Assembly: GCF_000143415.4 (NCBI RefSeq)
Contig: NW_003314386.1
Coordinates: forward strand, 1-40,826
DNA from: Selaginella moellendorffii
Lineage: Eukaryota > Plantae > Lycopodiophyta
Direction of reading: 5' to 3'
DNA: 40,826 nucleotides
Each line of letters begins with the position of its first letter. Position 1 is the stretch's first letter. Made by a program: the position numbers and the translations under genes. A model generated the notes under the pieces. That model was not told the origin of the DNA, did no database searches, and saw only the letters and a program-made list of their open reading frames with translations. Below are positions 22,602-34,830 of the stretch, one piece after another.

Positions 22602-23000
22602 GGCATCAACCAAGAAGAAAGAGTGAAGAAAAGACTTGCTATTTAAGTGAAGAAAGGATTCGTGCAGTATGGACAATCCGACGGAAAGCTCAGCATGACC
22701 GAAAAATTCGGAAAAAGAAGCAAGAAATCCGAGAAGGTGACTTAGTTCTCTGGTACAAGGGAAAAATTGAAGAACTCGGAAACAAAATGAAGACCTCCTG
22801 AGAGGGACTATTTGTGGTTAAAGAATTCACACCACCAGAAACGGCCAAACTCGAACCAATAGATGGCGAGGAATTCGAGACTGTGAATTTCAACAAATTG
22901 CAGATGTATTTCACATCAGGAAAGAGTGAAAGACAAACCACTGAAAATTCAAATCCGCTAAGTCGGAAAGTTGAAGCCGCCGGAATCGAACCACGGAAAG
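22602..23000 (+). pseudogene. A1 integrase C-terminal fragment
   Basis: GINQEERVKKRLA...HDRKIRKKKQEIREGDLVLWYKGKIEELGNKMKTS*EGLFVVKEF...VNFNKLQMYF, homologous to the A2 Pol C-terminus, with small deletions and a stop. Confidence 0.88.
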
Positions 23001-23229
23001 TAGATGCGGATATACCGTGGCAACAAGATCCGAATATACCGCGGAGAATGGATCCGGATATACCGCGACAACAAGATCCGAATATACCGTGGCTCCGGAA
23101 CGGAGAATCGACTAAGTCCAAAAAATTTTGGGGCACAGACTTGAACCCCGAACCAAACTCAGGGAACATAACCCAATACTCAGGGCGGCATACCCTAACA
23201 CCAGCCACAACGATGGTGAAGATTTTAGA

Positions 23230-24653
23230 ATGGACGCCAACAGCCGCCGCAGAGCTCTAGAGCCTGAACGAGGAGAACTTCAAGCCACTGTCTACGCACC
23301 GAGGCTCACTTGGCCAGCCGGGAAGCACGAGCAGAGCTTCCGAGAATGGGTAAGAAGCAGAGGATTTGAAGGGCTGGAGCGGGCCATCAACAACGATCAG
23401 GAGATGCACGGCGCCAGTATCCTCAGTAGATGGAAGAATGGGTACGTTGAGCTGCCTTCTGGGTAGCAGCAGAAAGCCTCGTCAGTGTCCAAGACGATCA
23501 CATTTATGTACGAGGCGCTTCAGTTCGGCGATCCAATAGATGTAGCTGCCTACATCTTCCGGAGGCTGAAGAAGGAAACGGAGACAGCGGTGGAAGCAAT
23601 CGCAGGTGGCACTGAGCAGGTTCAGACGTGCGTAGTGCCATTTTATGAGGCACTGGCGTGGATGGGCGCAGAGACGAGCAGGCAACCGCAGATCAATCGG
23701 GTGATTTGGATGGATTGCCCAGCCGAAGAAGACACAGATGAAACGGAGGAAGCAGCCGAGGATGAGGCCCAGGAATCAGTGGATGAGTCCCCGAAGTTGA
23801 AGGGGCGAAAGCAAGCAGCAGCAGCACAAACACGAGTGCCCAAGAAGCTGAAGATCACAGGCAGGGCAAAGGGGAAAAAGCAGGAGACGCCGAAAGGAAA
23901 GAGAAAACAGGCACGAGCAGGAACTCCGGGAGTACGAACCAGAAGTTGGAAACAATTCAGATCGGCGGATGGATATAAGCACCAAGAATGGATAGGAGGC
24001 AGGGGCAAAGAACGGAGCGCAAGAGTGTCACAATGTCACTCATGATAAGGTACAAGCAGCGACAGAAGCGACCATACACGGAGCGCAGGGATTTCGACAA
24101 GGACAAAACAAAACAGCACCGTAATGAAGAACCGTGTCCCTCATCTCCGACAACCATGTTCTTGAACGCTATTCGAGGTATGGAGCAGTAGCAAGGAGGA
24201 AAAGCAGCACAGTTTGCACTGGAGGAGATAGCCAAAGCTGTCCAAGCAGATCAGGTGCTGCTGGTGAACCAGGAAGTCTTCGACAGGAGATTCTTCAGTC
24301 CACTGAATGCAGCTGTCGCAGAAATGAAGACCGAGGTAAATGCAGTGATAGTCGAGATGAAGGGAGAAGTGAGTAAGATGGCCCCACTGCTGGACGGAGA
24401 ACGAGCCAGAATTTTAATGAACACGATGTCCTGCCAGAAGCTGTCCAATGAATACTACCACATGAAGGAGCGGCTGACAGAAGTGGAGGAAATGTTCATG
24501 CACGAATGAGCGACAAACCAAGCATTGGTCGATATGAAGAGGAAGGCAGCAGATGAAGCCAGAGCCGAATCGGAGAAGCATGCCAAAGAACGAGCGAGAG
24601 CAAGGGAACTGAAGCAGGCGGAAGAAGCAGGGATCACTGAAATGCTGCAGTGA
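23230..24653 (+). pseudogene. A1 extra 3' ORF in the env-like position, decayed (~470 codons)
   Basis: Sense ORF pieces 23128-23466, 23485-24045, 23988-24191 and 24255-24653, linked across isolated stops/frameshift. GDPIDVAAYIFRRL segment, acidic tract, basic tract, coiled-coil-like end; lies between pol and the PPT. Confidence 0.7.
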
Positions 24654-24689
24654 ACTCCGGGACGGAGTTCAAAACAGTTGTGGGAGATG

Positions 24690-25112
24690 TGTTAAACCAG
24701 CAATCCCGAGGCTTCGGATGTATGATCCAAAGTCCTCGGATCTGAAGGCCGATAGGCCACTAGGGTAGAATTAGGATGACGAGTTCGAAGGCCGAGAGGC
24801 CATTAAAAGAGTCAGGCTTAGAGATCCTGACTCATCCCAATCCCTAATCTTAACTCCATCTCCCACTTGTTCATCAACCGTCTTCTTCTTGATTACGACT
24901 ATCTTCCACTTTCCACTTCTCTATCTCATCCACATCGCCGCAGCCCATCCTTATTCACACCTTCCAGGGATCGAAGGCAAGGAGTAGGATCAGGCTACAA
25001 GATCTAACACTCAGACTCAAGTATCCGGTACTCAGACTTTACGTTCCTTAGTTTAATTCAAGATCGACCGCGGAAACAGTAAACAATGAACTGCTCGTTT
25101 CTGACGGTTTTC
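24690..25112 (+). repeat. A1 3' LTR
   Basis: TGTTAAACC...GGTTTTC (terminal A lost), preceded by purine-rich GTGGGAGATG. Confidence 0.88.
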
Positions 25113-25285
25113 TTTCGGAACTTGCTAAATTAGGATATGTTGAACTTGACTTATTTTCGGAAGTCTTCTGTTTGAAGTTTCTGGGAGTCTTGCTCGAGAA
25201 GCTTTCGTAGGATGTTAGAATATTCTTTGAAAGTATTCTGAAGAATGTATCAGAGAACTTGTTCGTATATGCTAGTTCCGTGATA
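25113..25285 (-). repeat. Remainder of the Tcn1-like LTR
   Basis: Joins 2972 as GGAAGGTTTC|GGAAC; ends CCGTGATA, an inverted match to TGTCATGG at 2787. Confidence 0.5.
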
Positions 25286-27949
25286 ATTCAACCAAAGTGA
25301 CCAGAGAAATAAACTACCATACCACATCAGCATTTTAACTTGCTATGGAGGTTGACAGTGCATAACTAGCTAGGTTGGTTTCTAAAACATTCAAATTGAT
25401 TTCACTGTACAATGACAATGACATGTATTAGGGCAATGTAAATTAATGATGTGGCCATCGCAATTTAATTGTGACGGTCACATGTGCAGCATCCCTGATC
25501 ACAACAAGCTGGACTAATAAAAAGGCAACCATCTGTTTGGATTAGGACACCAATTAAAATATCCATTATTATTGAAAATATGTTCGTTCAAATCAATGTT
25601 GATTCCTTTACTGGGGTGGGGGGCCATCATTAGTATCACATATTGCTTTCAGTTTTACATCCCTTATATCAACCAATTTCATTTCATGACATGAATGATA
25701 GAAATTAGCACTAAGAACTAGTTTACCATTATCATTACCAATAACTTCATTCAATTACAGTCCAGTGATAAAATACCAAGTGGGCTTATATAAAGCATAC
25801 AAGTAAGAACCACTCTCTAAGCCTAATTCCGGAGCAAATTTTTGTGAACTTGCATATTGCCTGGGAAAGAGGAAAGTACATGCATTTTGTTCACTTTGTC
25901 AATAATATAAACTTCACACTAAAACTTTAGTACATACTGTAAGACTCAAAAAGTTTGTCACAACAATTTTGCACTTCTTTATCACTGCCTTATCTTCCAC
26001 TTAGCCTAAAAGAAGTGTGGGCTAGCCTGCCATCTTCCCTTGACTTTGACTTCAGATTGCTAGACTTTGACTTAGATTGCTAGATCAGAAGTGGGAGAAA
26101 AATCATGTTTACTTATTAATGTCAAGGCTAAAGAGGTTTGAGACTCTTATAAGACGAGCAAGGTTTGCTGACAACCATCTATACATGAAAATGGAATCTG
26201 GATCATGCTTGGAGGGGTGATTGCACATCATTATTGAATTTCCAGATCATTTACAACTTCTAAATTAAAATTTAATTCCTCCTAAGAAGGTGCTAGGGCC
26301 TTTTTGTTAGGAGAGTGACAAAATCATGAACAGATGATGTTGTTTTTGTTAGGTTGGCATATCACGTTGTCCATGGTGCCAATTGTAAAAAAAGTCATTT
26401 TTTAATTTTGCAGTGTCTCTAATTTGTTTGAAAACATAATCAGAATGACTCCAGAAGTTTGAAGGTGTTTCAGGGTCTTGTTTTATTTCTGAATTTGGAT
26501 TGGATCGTTCTTGAGAGAGATTTCTATTATGTTGATCCAAGGGGATTTGAGAGGCAGAAGATCAAGAAAAATTCAAGGAATTTGCTCGGGCTGATACCTG
26601 AAGTAATAAAGGTCATAAATAGGAAAAAGTTCTAGAATCCAAATTACTATGTACAGAAACTGATGGAGAGGCTGAAAATACCTCAGATTTGATGAAGATT
26701 GTCATTAGTGACCCTAAGAACTCGTCAATATCTGTTGATATTAACCTCAAGCCAGCCTTGCTTGAGTTGGTGGAGCTTATAGATAATGAAAACAGTATGC
26801 TTTCTGTTTTTCCATGATGTGGCTGACTGATTTACATAACTCTGGAAGATTCCTTACTCGAATACGTTGCAACTCAAACAGAAGTAGCTTGTAGCACAAA
26901 GCTGTGATAAATGAACAATAAAATTTTACAAGAGGAGATTTAGACAAGGCTGCTTAGGTGCTTAGAAAGGTCAGTCAAAATAATGATCATGTATTTCATA
27001 AAATGTGTAAAGCTATTTATTAGAACAGATTCTCTAGACATAGAAAATGTTGTATCTGATTAAAAAGCCATTAATGCACTCTTTAATACCAGGAAGAGAT
27101 GATTTTTGTAGGGTAAGACTTTTGCACATAATATTCAATAGGTTTGATTTCTTTTAGTTTCATCAATTATTTCGTTAATTGTTCTATTGTAATGCCAGTG
27201 AGTGGTTTGTTTATTAAACTTAGTTAAGCAGTTGAAATGTGTGCAATTATTGAAAAGAAATGCTATTAATTATGAATTATATAGAGGAGTCTGATGTGGG
27301 ATATCGTCCCTCAAGATGAAGTTTAATCTGATTATGGAATTTAAACTCATTTAAGTGTTTGTAATACACTTATATATTATCCTCTTGGAAAACAAAACTT
27401 ACGATTCAATCGTAACATCCAATATAGTTATTTATCGACACACCCTTAAAAAAAATTAATTAACAAAAAACATCTCGTAACAATTTATCATGGACGTACT
27501 GTGGACATTATATCCATGCACTAAACTCACATGCATCAAAAGTGTGCATATAAATTTTATTTATACCATCTATCATGGTGAAACAAGGTCATACATAAAT
27601 TTCTTGATGCAAATATTGATAATTAAACCTCTCTAGTACTAAATATAATACACTTATGTATTTCCACCTTCACCCTCAGGAAAAATGATTAATTGATTAT
27701 GAAATTTTTTTTGTATTATAAAAGATTTAATATTCCTTGTAATAGTATCATGTGTAAAGAATAACTTTCTCATCAATCAATTGCCTCTTTTCTTTTCCAA
27801 GGGACATAAACCATACTTTTGTGATATTTGTGATCTTTTATTAATGACCTAGGTTCAACTCTCTTAAATGATGCCTTTGAGAAAAACATCAGTTCGAATA
27901 TCCCCTTGAACAAAGCATAATATTCACTTGAGTAAGGAATATACCTTAG

Positions 27950-29268
27950 TCAAGAGTGAAATGTAGTCCATAATTTACTAAGCAGAAGGAAATAGTCCTA
28001 ACAGGTTTTGGGTTAACCCAAAAGATTATAAAGGTTAGTTGACTATTTAAAAATATTGTGTTGTCATGGACTTAAGGGAAAACCGGCATCCATGGTGAAA
28101 ATCCATTAGTTTGTGGGAATATGTCCAGTCACAAAATCCTTCAATGTGAGTTGGTCCATCTTGAAAGTTATAAACTTAAAATGATGACATTCACATCTCT
28201 TAACCAATTGTCCCTTCTCTTTCTAGTAGAGGGGATAGATTATTTTCGTGACATAGGGTACCCTACCATCAAATGCATCTAACATCTTCTGCAAGGCATT
28301 TTATCCTGACTAGGCAAAGTCTTGACACAATGGCCTGGCCTTACTTGCTGGTGACATGACCAAGTCTACAATGCCAGGTTTCAATATCAGTTCCTTCACT
28401 TTGACCAACATCAACAATAGTCAGCATGGATTTTGGTGGCAGCTTAATTGAACAATCAAAACAAAAAAGACATTTGATCTTCGCGTGTTCACTGTAGGAA
28501 TTCCTATCACTATCCAGATCAGGGTCAGGACATTTCCATTTCTAGAACGCCTGTCATTTGCTTCTTTCTTCAGTGGACAATCACGAGCAAGCTACCTGCA
28601 ACGTTGACACTTGTTGAAGCGAATAGTAAATGGTCGTTTTGCACCATCACAATTGTTCCTAGTCGCCTGAGAGGGGCTCTCTGAAGACTTCTCAGTAGAC
28701 TTGTTGCCCAATCTTTCAAACACAAACTTGCATTTGCTACTGGAGGCTACATCGAGAGGTGGAGGAAGCTATCAAATTCCAATTGATTGCACAAATTGCT
28801 CTAAGTCCAGAATGATTTCGTGAAATTCTTCATCAGGCCCGTCTGATTGTGAATGTAAGAGTACGGAGTGCTTTGAGCAGCACAGCCAAAAGAGCAACAT
28901 TTATAAATTGACATTGCTGCAGGGTTTGAGTTCTTGAAACATCTCGCAGCAGCTTGCTGGTGAAAGCCGGGAGCCGGGACAGTGTCTCGAACAATGGCGA
29001 AGAATTCACATTTTAGTATAATCAGGTCCAAATAAGAGTTCACATTTTAGTGTAATCAGGTCAAAATATTAAACCTTCTTGCAGCAATGAGCACCCAATT
29101 CTCAGCTGCAGTCTTAGTGCAATCAATGTGAGCCTTGTAGATCTTGCCAAGACCAAGCGCCTGTTGGAGGCAGAGTACCGTACAACCTTCGTATGATACA
29201 GCGACGGAGCTGATCAAGGCGGAAACACCGCCTTGATCCATATTTCAACCCGCAGTGGCTTCCAGCCT
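27950..29268 (-). pseudogene. Heavily decayed Ty1/copia gag-integrase remnant (host of Copia C)
   Basis: Minus-strand zinc-knuckle ghost KCQRCR*LARDCP (~28570-28615) and pre-integrase ETWHCRLGHV (~28350-28385). Gag motif LELWRRLEAT is reconstructed across the C insertion (32695+ joined to 29268). Confidence 0.55.
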
Positions 29269-32200
29269 GCGGGCATTGACACTTCTGTGTGGCTTGATTA
29301 CTTCAGCACTCAAGCTCATTTTTGCAACATGGTATCAGAGAAGGCACCTAGATACTTTACTTTTTTTAGGGTTCTTCATTCTTGAAAACGCTTGCGCTGT
29401 CTCGGATCTGTTCCAGTAAAACCATCATTTTACCAACTCGTATCCCTTAAAATGATCAGCCTGCGGACGGTCATGATACTGATCTGGTGAGTGTAGGCTG
29501 TGGTGCAAGCATGCTGGGATTAGGATCGCTGAGCTACTGTGAGATACCTTCTAGGAAGCTCTGTCTACATAGTGAGGATTTCTGGAGCTTGCGGGATTTG
29601 CTGATCGGAGGTTCGTGCAGAAGCAGATTGCCCAGTGCAGTAGTTTTTCCTACAAGCGGCCATGACACTTGACCACAGATACAGCTTGACGATCCAGAAG
29701 CTTGACTACAGCAACTCCCAGTTGTGGTTTGTCAAGATGAGGAATTTGCTGGATGAGTACAAGCTTGGAGATCATGTTTCTGGAGCTAGTAGATTCAGCA
29801 CTCGCTACAGATATTCGGCTCACTCACAGAGGGAAAGTTGACGTCTGTGTACCATGTCAAGGGGAAGTATCAAGGAAAGTCATTACCAAAGTAAGCTACG
29901 TGAATCAGAGCTACAAGAACACTCCAACTTGTAGGTGGTGATGTCTGGGGGCCAACACAAGTTAAATCGCTGAATGGTGCCAGGTACTTTCTGTTGATTG
30001 TTGACGATTATTCTCACAGGGCATTTTTCTTTTTCTTGCGTCTAAGAAGTGAAGCTCTCGAACGGTTCAAAGGATGGAAAGTCTATGCTGAGAAGGATAC
30101 TGATCAAAAGATACACTCATTTCGCTCAGACGATGGAGGTGAATTTATTTCAAACGATTTTAACGTGTTTCTTGAACAGGAAGGCATCCAAAGACAAACC
30201 TATGCGAAAGAACAGAATGGGGTGGTTTACCGTAGGATGCCAACGGTTGGAGAAGCTGCACAATGCATACACAAAGCTGCAGATCTACCACTCACTTTCT
30301 GGGCCAAGGCAGTCAGTTATGTGGTTGCTATCACCAACTTTCTTCCAACCAAAGCTCTCATAAACACAACTCATCACAAAAGCATGACAGGATGTAAGCC
30401 TTTTTTGAAATATTTCCGTGTTTTTGGATGTATAGCATACGCACATGTTGATCCGAAGCAGTGAGTAAAATGGGATGATCGAATGTTGAAGACAGCAAGA
30501 CATTTCGATTGTTTGACATGAACACCTGTGTCGTTTTTAACAAAAAAATCAATAAGCTTTCTACATTAGACTAACCCTAGTTCTTAACAAAAAATCAATA
30601 AGCCTTCTACATTAGACTAACCCTAGTTCGTCGTCAAACTCCACAGAGAAATTGGTTCAGAAACCATTCAACTACTTTGGATTCAGCATCCCACTTCCAT
30701 CCGAGGAGTCACAAGGAATAAAGAATCCTCCTGCAGTTCAACCACAGTTGCAAGTCCCTGAAGCTCCAGCACCTGAGCAGCAGGAACTTCCAGTCATCAA
30801 GAACATTGTGTCAGAGAACTTTGAAGAAAACTGGGAAACTTCTTTCAACCAGCAGATGAGCTCGGTGATGATATCTTTGAGGATGAAAGGTGTGTTGAAG
30901 TCTTTGAACCTGAAGCTTCGGGACTTACAAAACGACAACGGAAACCAGCTCAGAGGTATTTAGAACAATTGGAAACTAATGCGTGCACTGTGTATACAGA
31001 ACCATCAACCTATAATCAGGAAATACTAGGCTCACACGCCCGGAAGTGGAAGCTGGCAATGCAGGATGAGTTCAACAGTTTGCTCACAAACCAGACATGG
31101 GATCTTGTACAACTTCCACCAAACAAGCATAAAATTAGTAACAAATGGTTGTACAAAGTCAAGTACACACTGGAAGGGCACATTCAACGTTACAAATCAT
31201 GACTGGTTGCCAGAGAATTCACACAAACACAGGGAGTTGATTTCTTTGGCGTTTTTTCTCCAGTTGCTAACATACTGGCCTTATTTGCTTTTGCAGCTCT
31301 TAACGATTTTGAACTTCACCAAATGGATGTTAAGAACGAGTTCCTCCATGGTACACTTGACGAGGAAATTTATATGAGGTAACCCTGATGTTTTGAAGTT
31401 GTCAGAAAAGAATGTCACGTCTGCCGTCTCAAAAAGTCGATCTATGGACTCAAGCGAAGTCTTCGATGCTGGTATAAAACAATCGACGTTTTCTTTCGTG
31501 GCCCTGGTTTTTGCAGATCTCAAGCCGACTGGAACATATACATTCTCACCACCAACGGCACTGTGGATGCAATCGTTGCGATTTATGTGGATGATCTAGC
31601 TCTGGCTGCACAGAACATGAGGGGAGTAATCTGGATTAAGCAGGCACTGATGGATCGTTTTTGTATGATAATTATTTTCTCGGTTTACAAATTTGTCGTG
31701 ACAGGGAGAAACGAATCTTGTTCATGAATCAAGAGAAGTACACTCAAAGGCATGCTTCAGAACTATGCAGAATATTTCAATGGCAGTGCTCCTACTCCGA
31801 CAGTTACACGATTAAAACTAGTTACAGACATGGCTCCTTCAACACAAGGAGATAAAGCGGCAATGAGGCTCCCCTATCAACAACTAGTCGGTGGACTTCT
31901 GTACCTCTTGGTTTCGTCTCGACCAGACATTGCGCAGTTATGAAGAATCCGGGGCTCAAGCATTCGTCTGCAGCTCTTCGGATTTTGAAGTATTTAGCCA
32001 GGACAGTTGACTTTGGCCTTCTCTATGGATCAAACGCTGGGGCTAAGTCAGTGGTTGGATACGCAGACGCAGATTGGGCAAGGGATGCAGGTGATAGGCG
32101 CTCTAGAACCGGTTATTGCTTCATATTCAACTCTGGCGTGATCAGTTGGACGTCCAAAAAGCAGACAACAGTAACTGTATTGACATGTGAAGCAGAGTAT

Positions 32201-32694
32201 CTAACAGTTGCTATATTGACATGTATCTTTCATTTTTAGCATGTTCATGGGAGGCATCTGGATACGAAAACTACTGAGTGACTTCGGTATTAGACAAACT
32301 GATCCTTTGTTGTTGTTTGATGATAATCAGGCATGTTTGGCGCCGCTAAAGAACCCGGTACTGCACGGACGAACTAAGCACATTGAGAATCACCATCATT
32401 TCATTCGGGAGAAAGTTGCAGACGGCGAGGTCACGGTCGAATTCCAGCAAACAACAAAGATGATAGCAGATATATTCACTAAGGTGTTCGATCGAGGCTT
32501 ACATGAACAATTCATCATCGACTTAGGCATATGTTCAGCGGGTGGGCTTGGAAAATCAAAACAAGGGGAGCTTCTGACAATACCTCAGAACAGAAGGAAT
32601 AATTTAGGTCAGAAAATAGCAAGAGCCTCAACAGCGGGCGTTGACACTTCTGTGTGGCTTGATTGCTTCAGCACTCAAGCTCATTTTTGCAACA
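29269..32694 (+). mobile_element. Degenerate Ty1/copia element C
   Basis: Shared LTR segment 29269-29329 / 32634-32694 ending GCAACA; PBS TGGTATCAGAG at 29330. Gag start KLDYSN..W..KMRNLL; integrase DVWGP, IVDDYS, FRSDDGGEF, QNG, FRVFGC; RT QMDVK, IYVDDL; RNase H GYADADWA, DNQ, RTKHIE, ADIFTK. The order INT-RT-RH is copia. Confidence 0.9.
30537..30629 (+). repeat. 46/47-bp tandem duplication inside Copia C
   Basis: TTAACAAAAAA(A)TCAATAAGC(T/C)TTCTACATTAGACTAACCCTAGTTC x2. Confidence 0.9.
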
Positions 32695-32789
32695 GCGCCA
32701 AAGCTCCAATCGCTTTGGAATTCTTCTCATTTCAAGGCTTAAGATTTTCAACCTTTGGAAGCGGAGGCTTGAGAAAGGATCACCTTACA

Positions 32790-33585
32790 CCACAAGGTCC
32801 GGTATCGGGCCTTCAATCTCAGCGTGTCTCGTAATTTAGGTGTCACCACCCGAGTACTTCCCACACCTCGTTTGGATTCACGGTGTAGCCTTGCCACGAG
32901 CTACACTGACACCTTGATTGCTGCCCTCGCTACCAAGGACTTACTCTCAGCGAAGCCTTCACTTGTCAGAGCTGTTCTCCACAGCTTGCCTGACTCTTTG
33001 TCTTTCGCCCCTATGAGCTCACTTAGCCAGGGCCACTCTTCACAGCCTGCCTGGTTCCATCCTTAGTCAGAGCCGTTTTTCACAGCCTGTCTGACTACTT
33101 TGTCTTTTGCTCCTATTCCATCGGAGCTGTTCTTCACAGCTTGCCCGACTTCCACTTTTAGCCAAAGTCACTCTTCGTGACTTGCTTGATTCCATCTCCT
33201 GTTTCCAAGGAGGAGAGCTGTGGCAGTCTGGGAATCACCCCATTGCCACTTATACTCCTCCCAGATCAGACTACAATTAACCGGAACTCACTTTTCAGAA
33301 GAAGGGTCCTCCTCTTCTTCCAAGGCGGAGGTCCCCCCTATATACTTTCTGGAACTCCGGGTACCCCCCCTCGGCCTTTTAGCCACATGCTGTGGGCACG
33401 ACGATATTTTTTGTACTTAGTCTCTGAAAAGATGAGATACTGATGTGTTGGGACTCCCGCTACATCAGCTCCGATTTTCAGACAGGTTTTTCCTGTCTTT
33501 TCCTAGTACTATCAGGGTAGTACCTTCCATGCTAATGACCTCTAACGCGGTTCTCACGTGGCAGGACTCCTGCCACGTCACCAGA
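32790..33585 (-). mobile_element. Inverted, truncated LTR fragment related to family B
   Basis: Reverse-complement similarity to ~11500-12345 (e.g. the shared translation TRVLPTPRLDSRCSLATSYT vs TQVLPTPRPDSQCSLATSYT). Confidence 0.85.
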
Positions 33586-33589
33586 CTAC

Positions 33590-34830
33590 AATTATTACAT
33601 ACTGTTTTTCATAGAAGTGATGCACGACTATTGCTGACACCCGTATCCAACCGGACAATCGAGGCACATAACCGTAACAGTGCCCCTCATTTTTACCTCG
33701 GGTGCACCATACGCCAAGTTTGAGTTCAGATGTCTTTTCATGGGGGTCTCTTTTTCGATCCTTTTGGAGGAGCTATTTGATAAGCTTGAAGCTTAAGGTT
33801 GGTGTTACGTCGGTATCGTAGATCTTGTGCAGCACAGAGGAAATTATCATAACCAATTGGTCATTTTTTTTATGATTAAGGAGAGAATAAATAAGTGCGT
33901 GACATTTGGTATCAGAGAGGTTCGATTCTCGACATCGATACTGAGATGAGATGTATACATGACCTGATCCACCATGATACATAGGCAAGCATGGAATGTG
34001 TATGGGCATATAGGATCCATATGTGTAAGGATGTGACATTCACACGGTAGGCTGTCAAGGGACGTGATTTATGTAGATCAGAGGGTCCACGCGAATGTGT
34101 ACGGTAAGGAATCGTGGTGGGTATTACATCAGTATCGTAGATCTTGTGCAGCACATAGGGAATTCTTATAATCAATTGGCCCTTTTCCTTATGGTTAAGG
34201 GGAGAATACATAAGTGCGTTTCGGAGAGTAATGTTTTCTCCTTTTTCCTGTTTCGAGGTTCGGAATCAATTCATCATCTGAATCGTTGTCCTCATATCTC
34301 GTCAGTGTAATGGCTTCAAACTTGTGTTTGATCTTCTGGGCCATTGCAATGATATCTTCTATCTTGAGTGAGGCATCTTCCTCATCTCTGTGTTTCAGCA
34401 CTAAATCATGCTGGATTTGCTTGTGAAGGCTTTGAGTGAACTAACTCTGTTTGCCTTAATCAGTGATCAGATTCTTGTATTTGTTGGCCAACTTTAAAAA
34501 GCCGCTTCCATAGTCGGGAATAGGTTCATCTCTCTTTTGGCGTGTTTCTCTCAATTTCTCAAGATAGACCTTGGGTCTCTTTTTTGTGTGAAAACACTCT
34601 TTGAATGCGGTGATGATATCCTCACCGTCAACATTATTACTTTCCCGGAGAAAGTACCACTCTTAGGCCAACCTAGATTTGTCGATCGATCCATGAAACT
34701 GACGCCAAATGCTTGCGATTGTTCTTCCAGGAGGAGTGACTTCCATGGACGGTTTTTTGGAGAAGATTTTTCCCATCGGTGCTGAAGAGCAAGAACAATC
34801 CGACCAGTATAACAGTAAGGGTTTAACAGC
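33590..34830 (-). pseudogene. Decayed gypsy gag remnant, split by the TRIM
   Basis: Minus-strand ghosts LA*EWYFL, DYGSGFLKLANKYKNLITD, LKIEDIIAMAQKIKHKF and VCNNC, in gag order. Confidence 0.4.
33803..34219 (+). mobile_element. TRIM (terminal-repeat retrotransposon in miniature), 417 bp
   Basis: ~100-bp terminal repeats 33803-33904 (TGTTAC...GTGACA) and 34122-34219 (3' end clipped); PBS TGGTATCAGAG at 33907; PPT AAGGAATCGTGGTGGG at 34106-34121; ~217-bp non-coding interior. Confidence 0.8.

Larger units (their letters stand above)
2973..25112 (+). mobile_element. Ty3/gypsy non-chromovirus LTR retrotransposon A1 (internally deleted; host of A2 and B)
   Basis: LTRs 2973-3394 and 24690-25112 (~95% identical by eye), PBS at 3396, PPT-like GTGGGAGATG before 24690, RT fragment 4683-4762, integrase C-terminus from 22602. 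Imperfect TSD: (G)TTTC at 2968-2972 vs TTTC at 25113-25116. Confidence 0.85.

Noticed and set aside
25700-27900. AT-rich tract with faint coding-like patches, possibly a decayed DNA transposon
   Set aside because: No motif, TIR or ORF could be identified with confidence.
33803-34219. Cassandra TRIM carrying 5S rRNA
   Set aside because: No 5S A/C-box sequence is visible in the terminal repeats.
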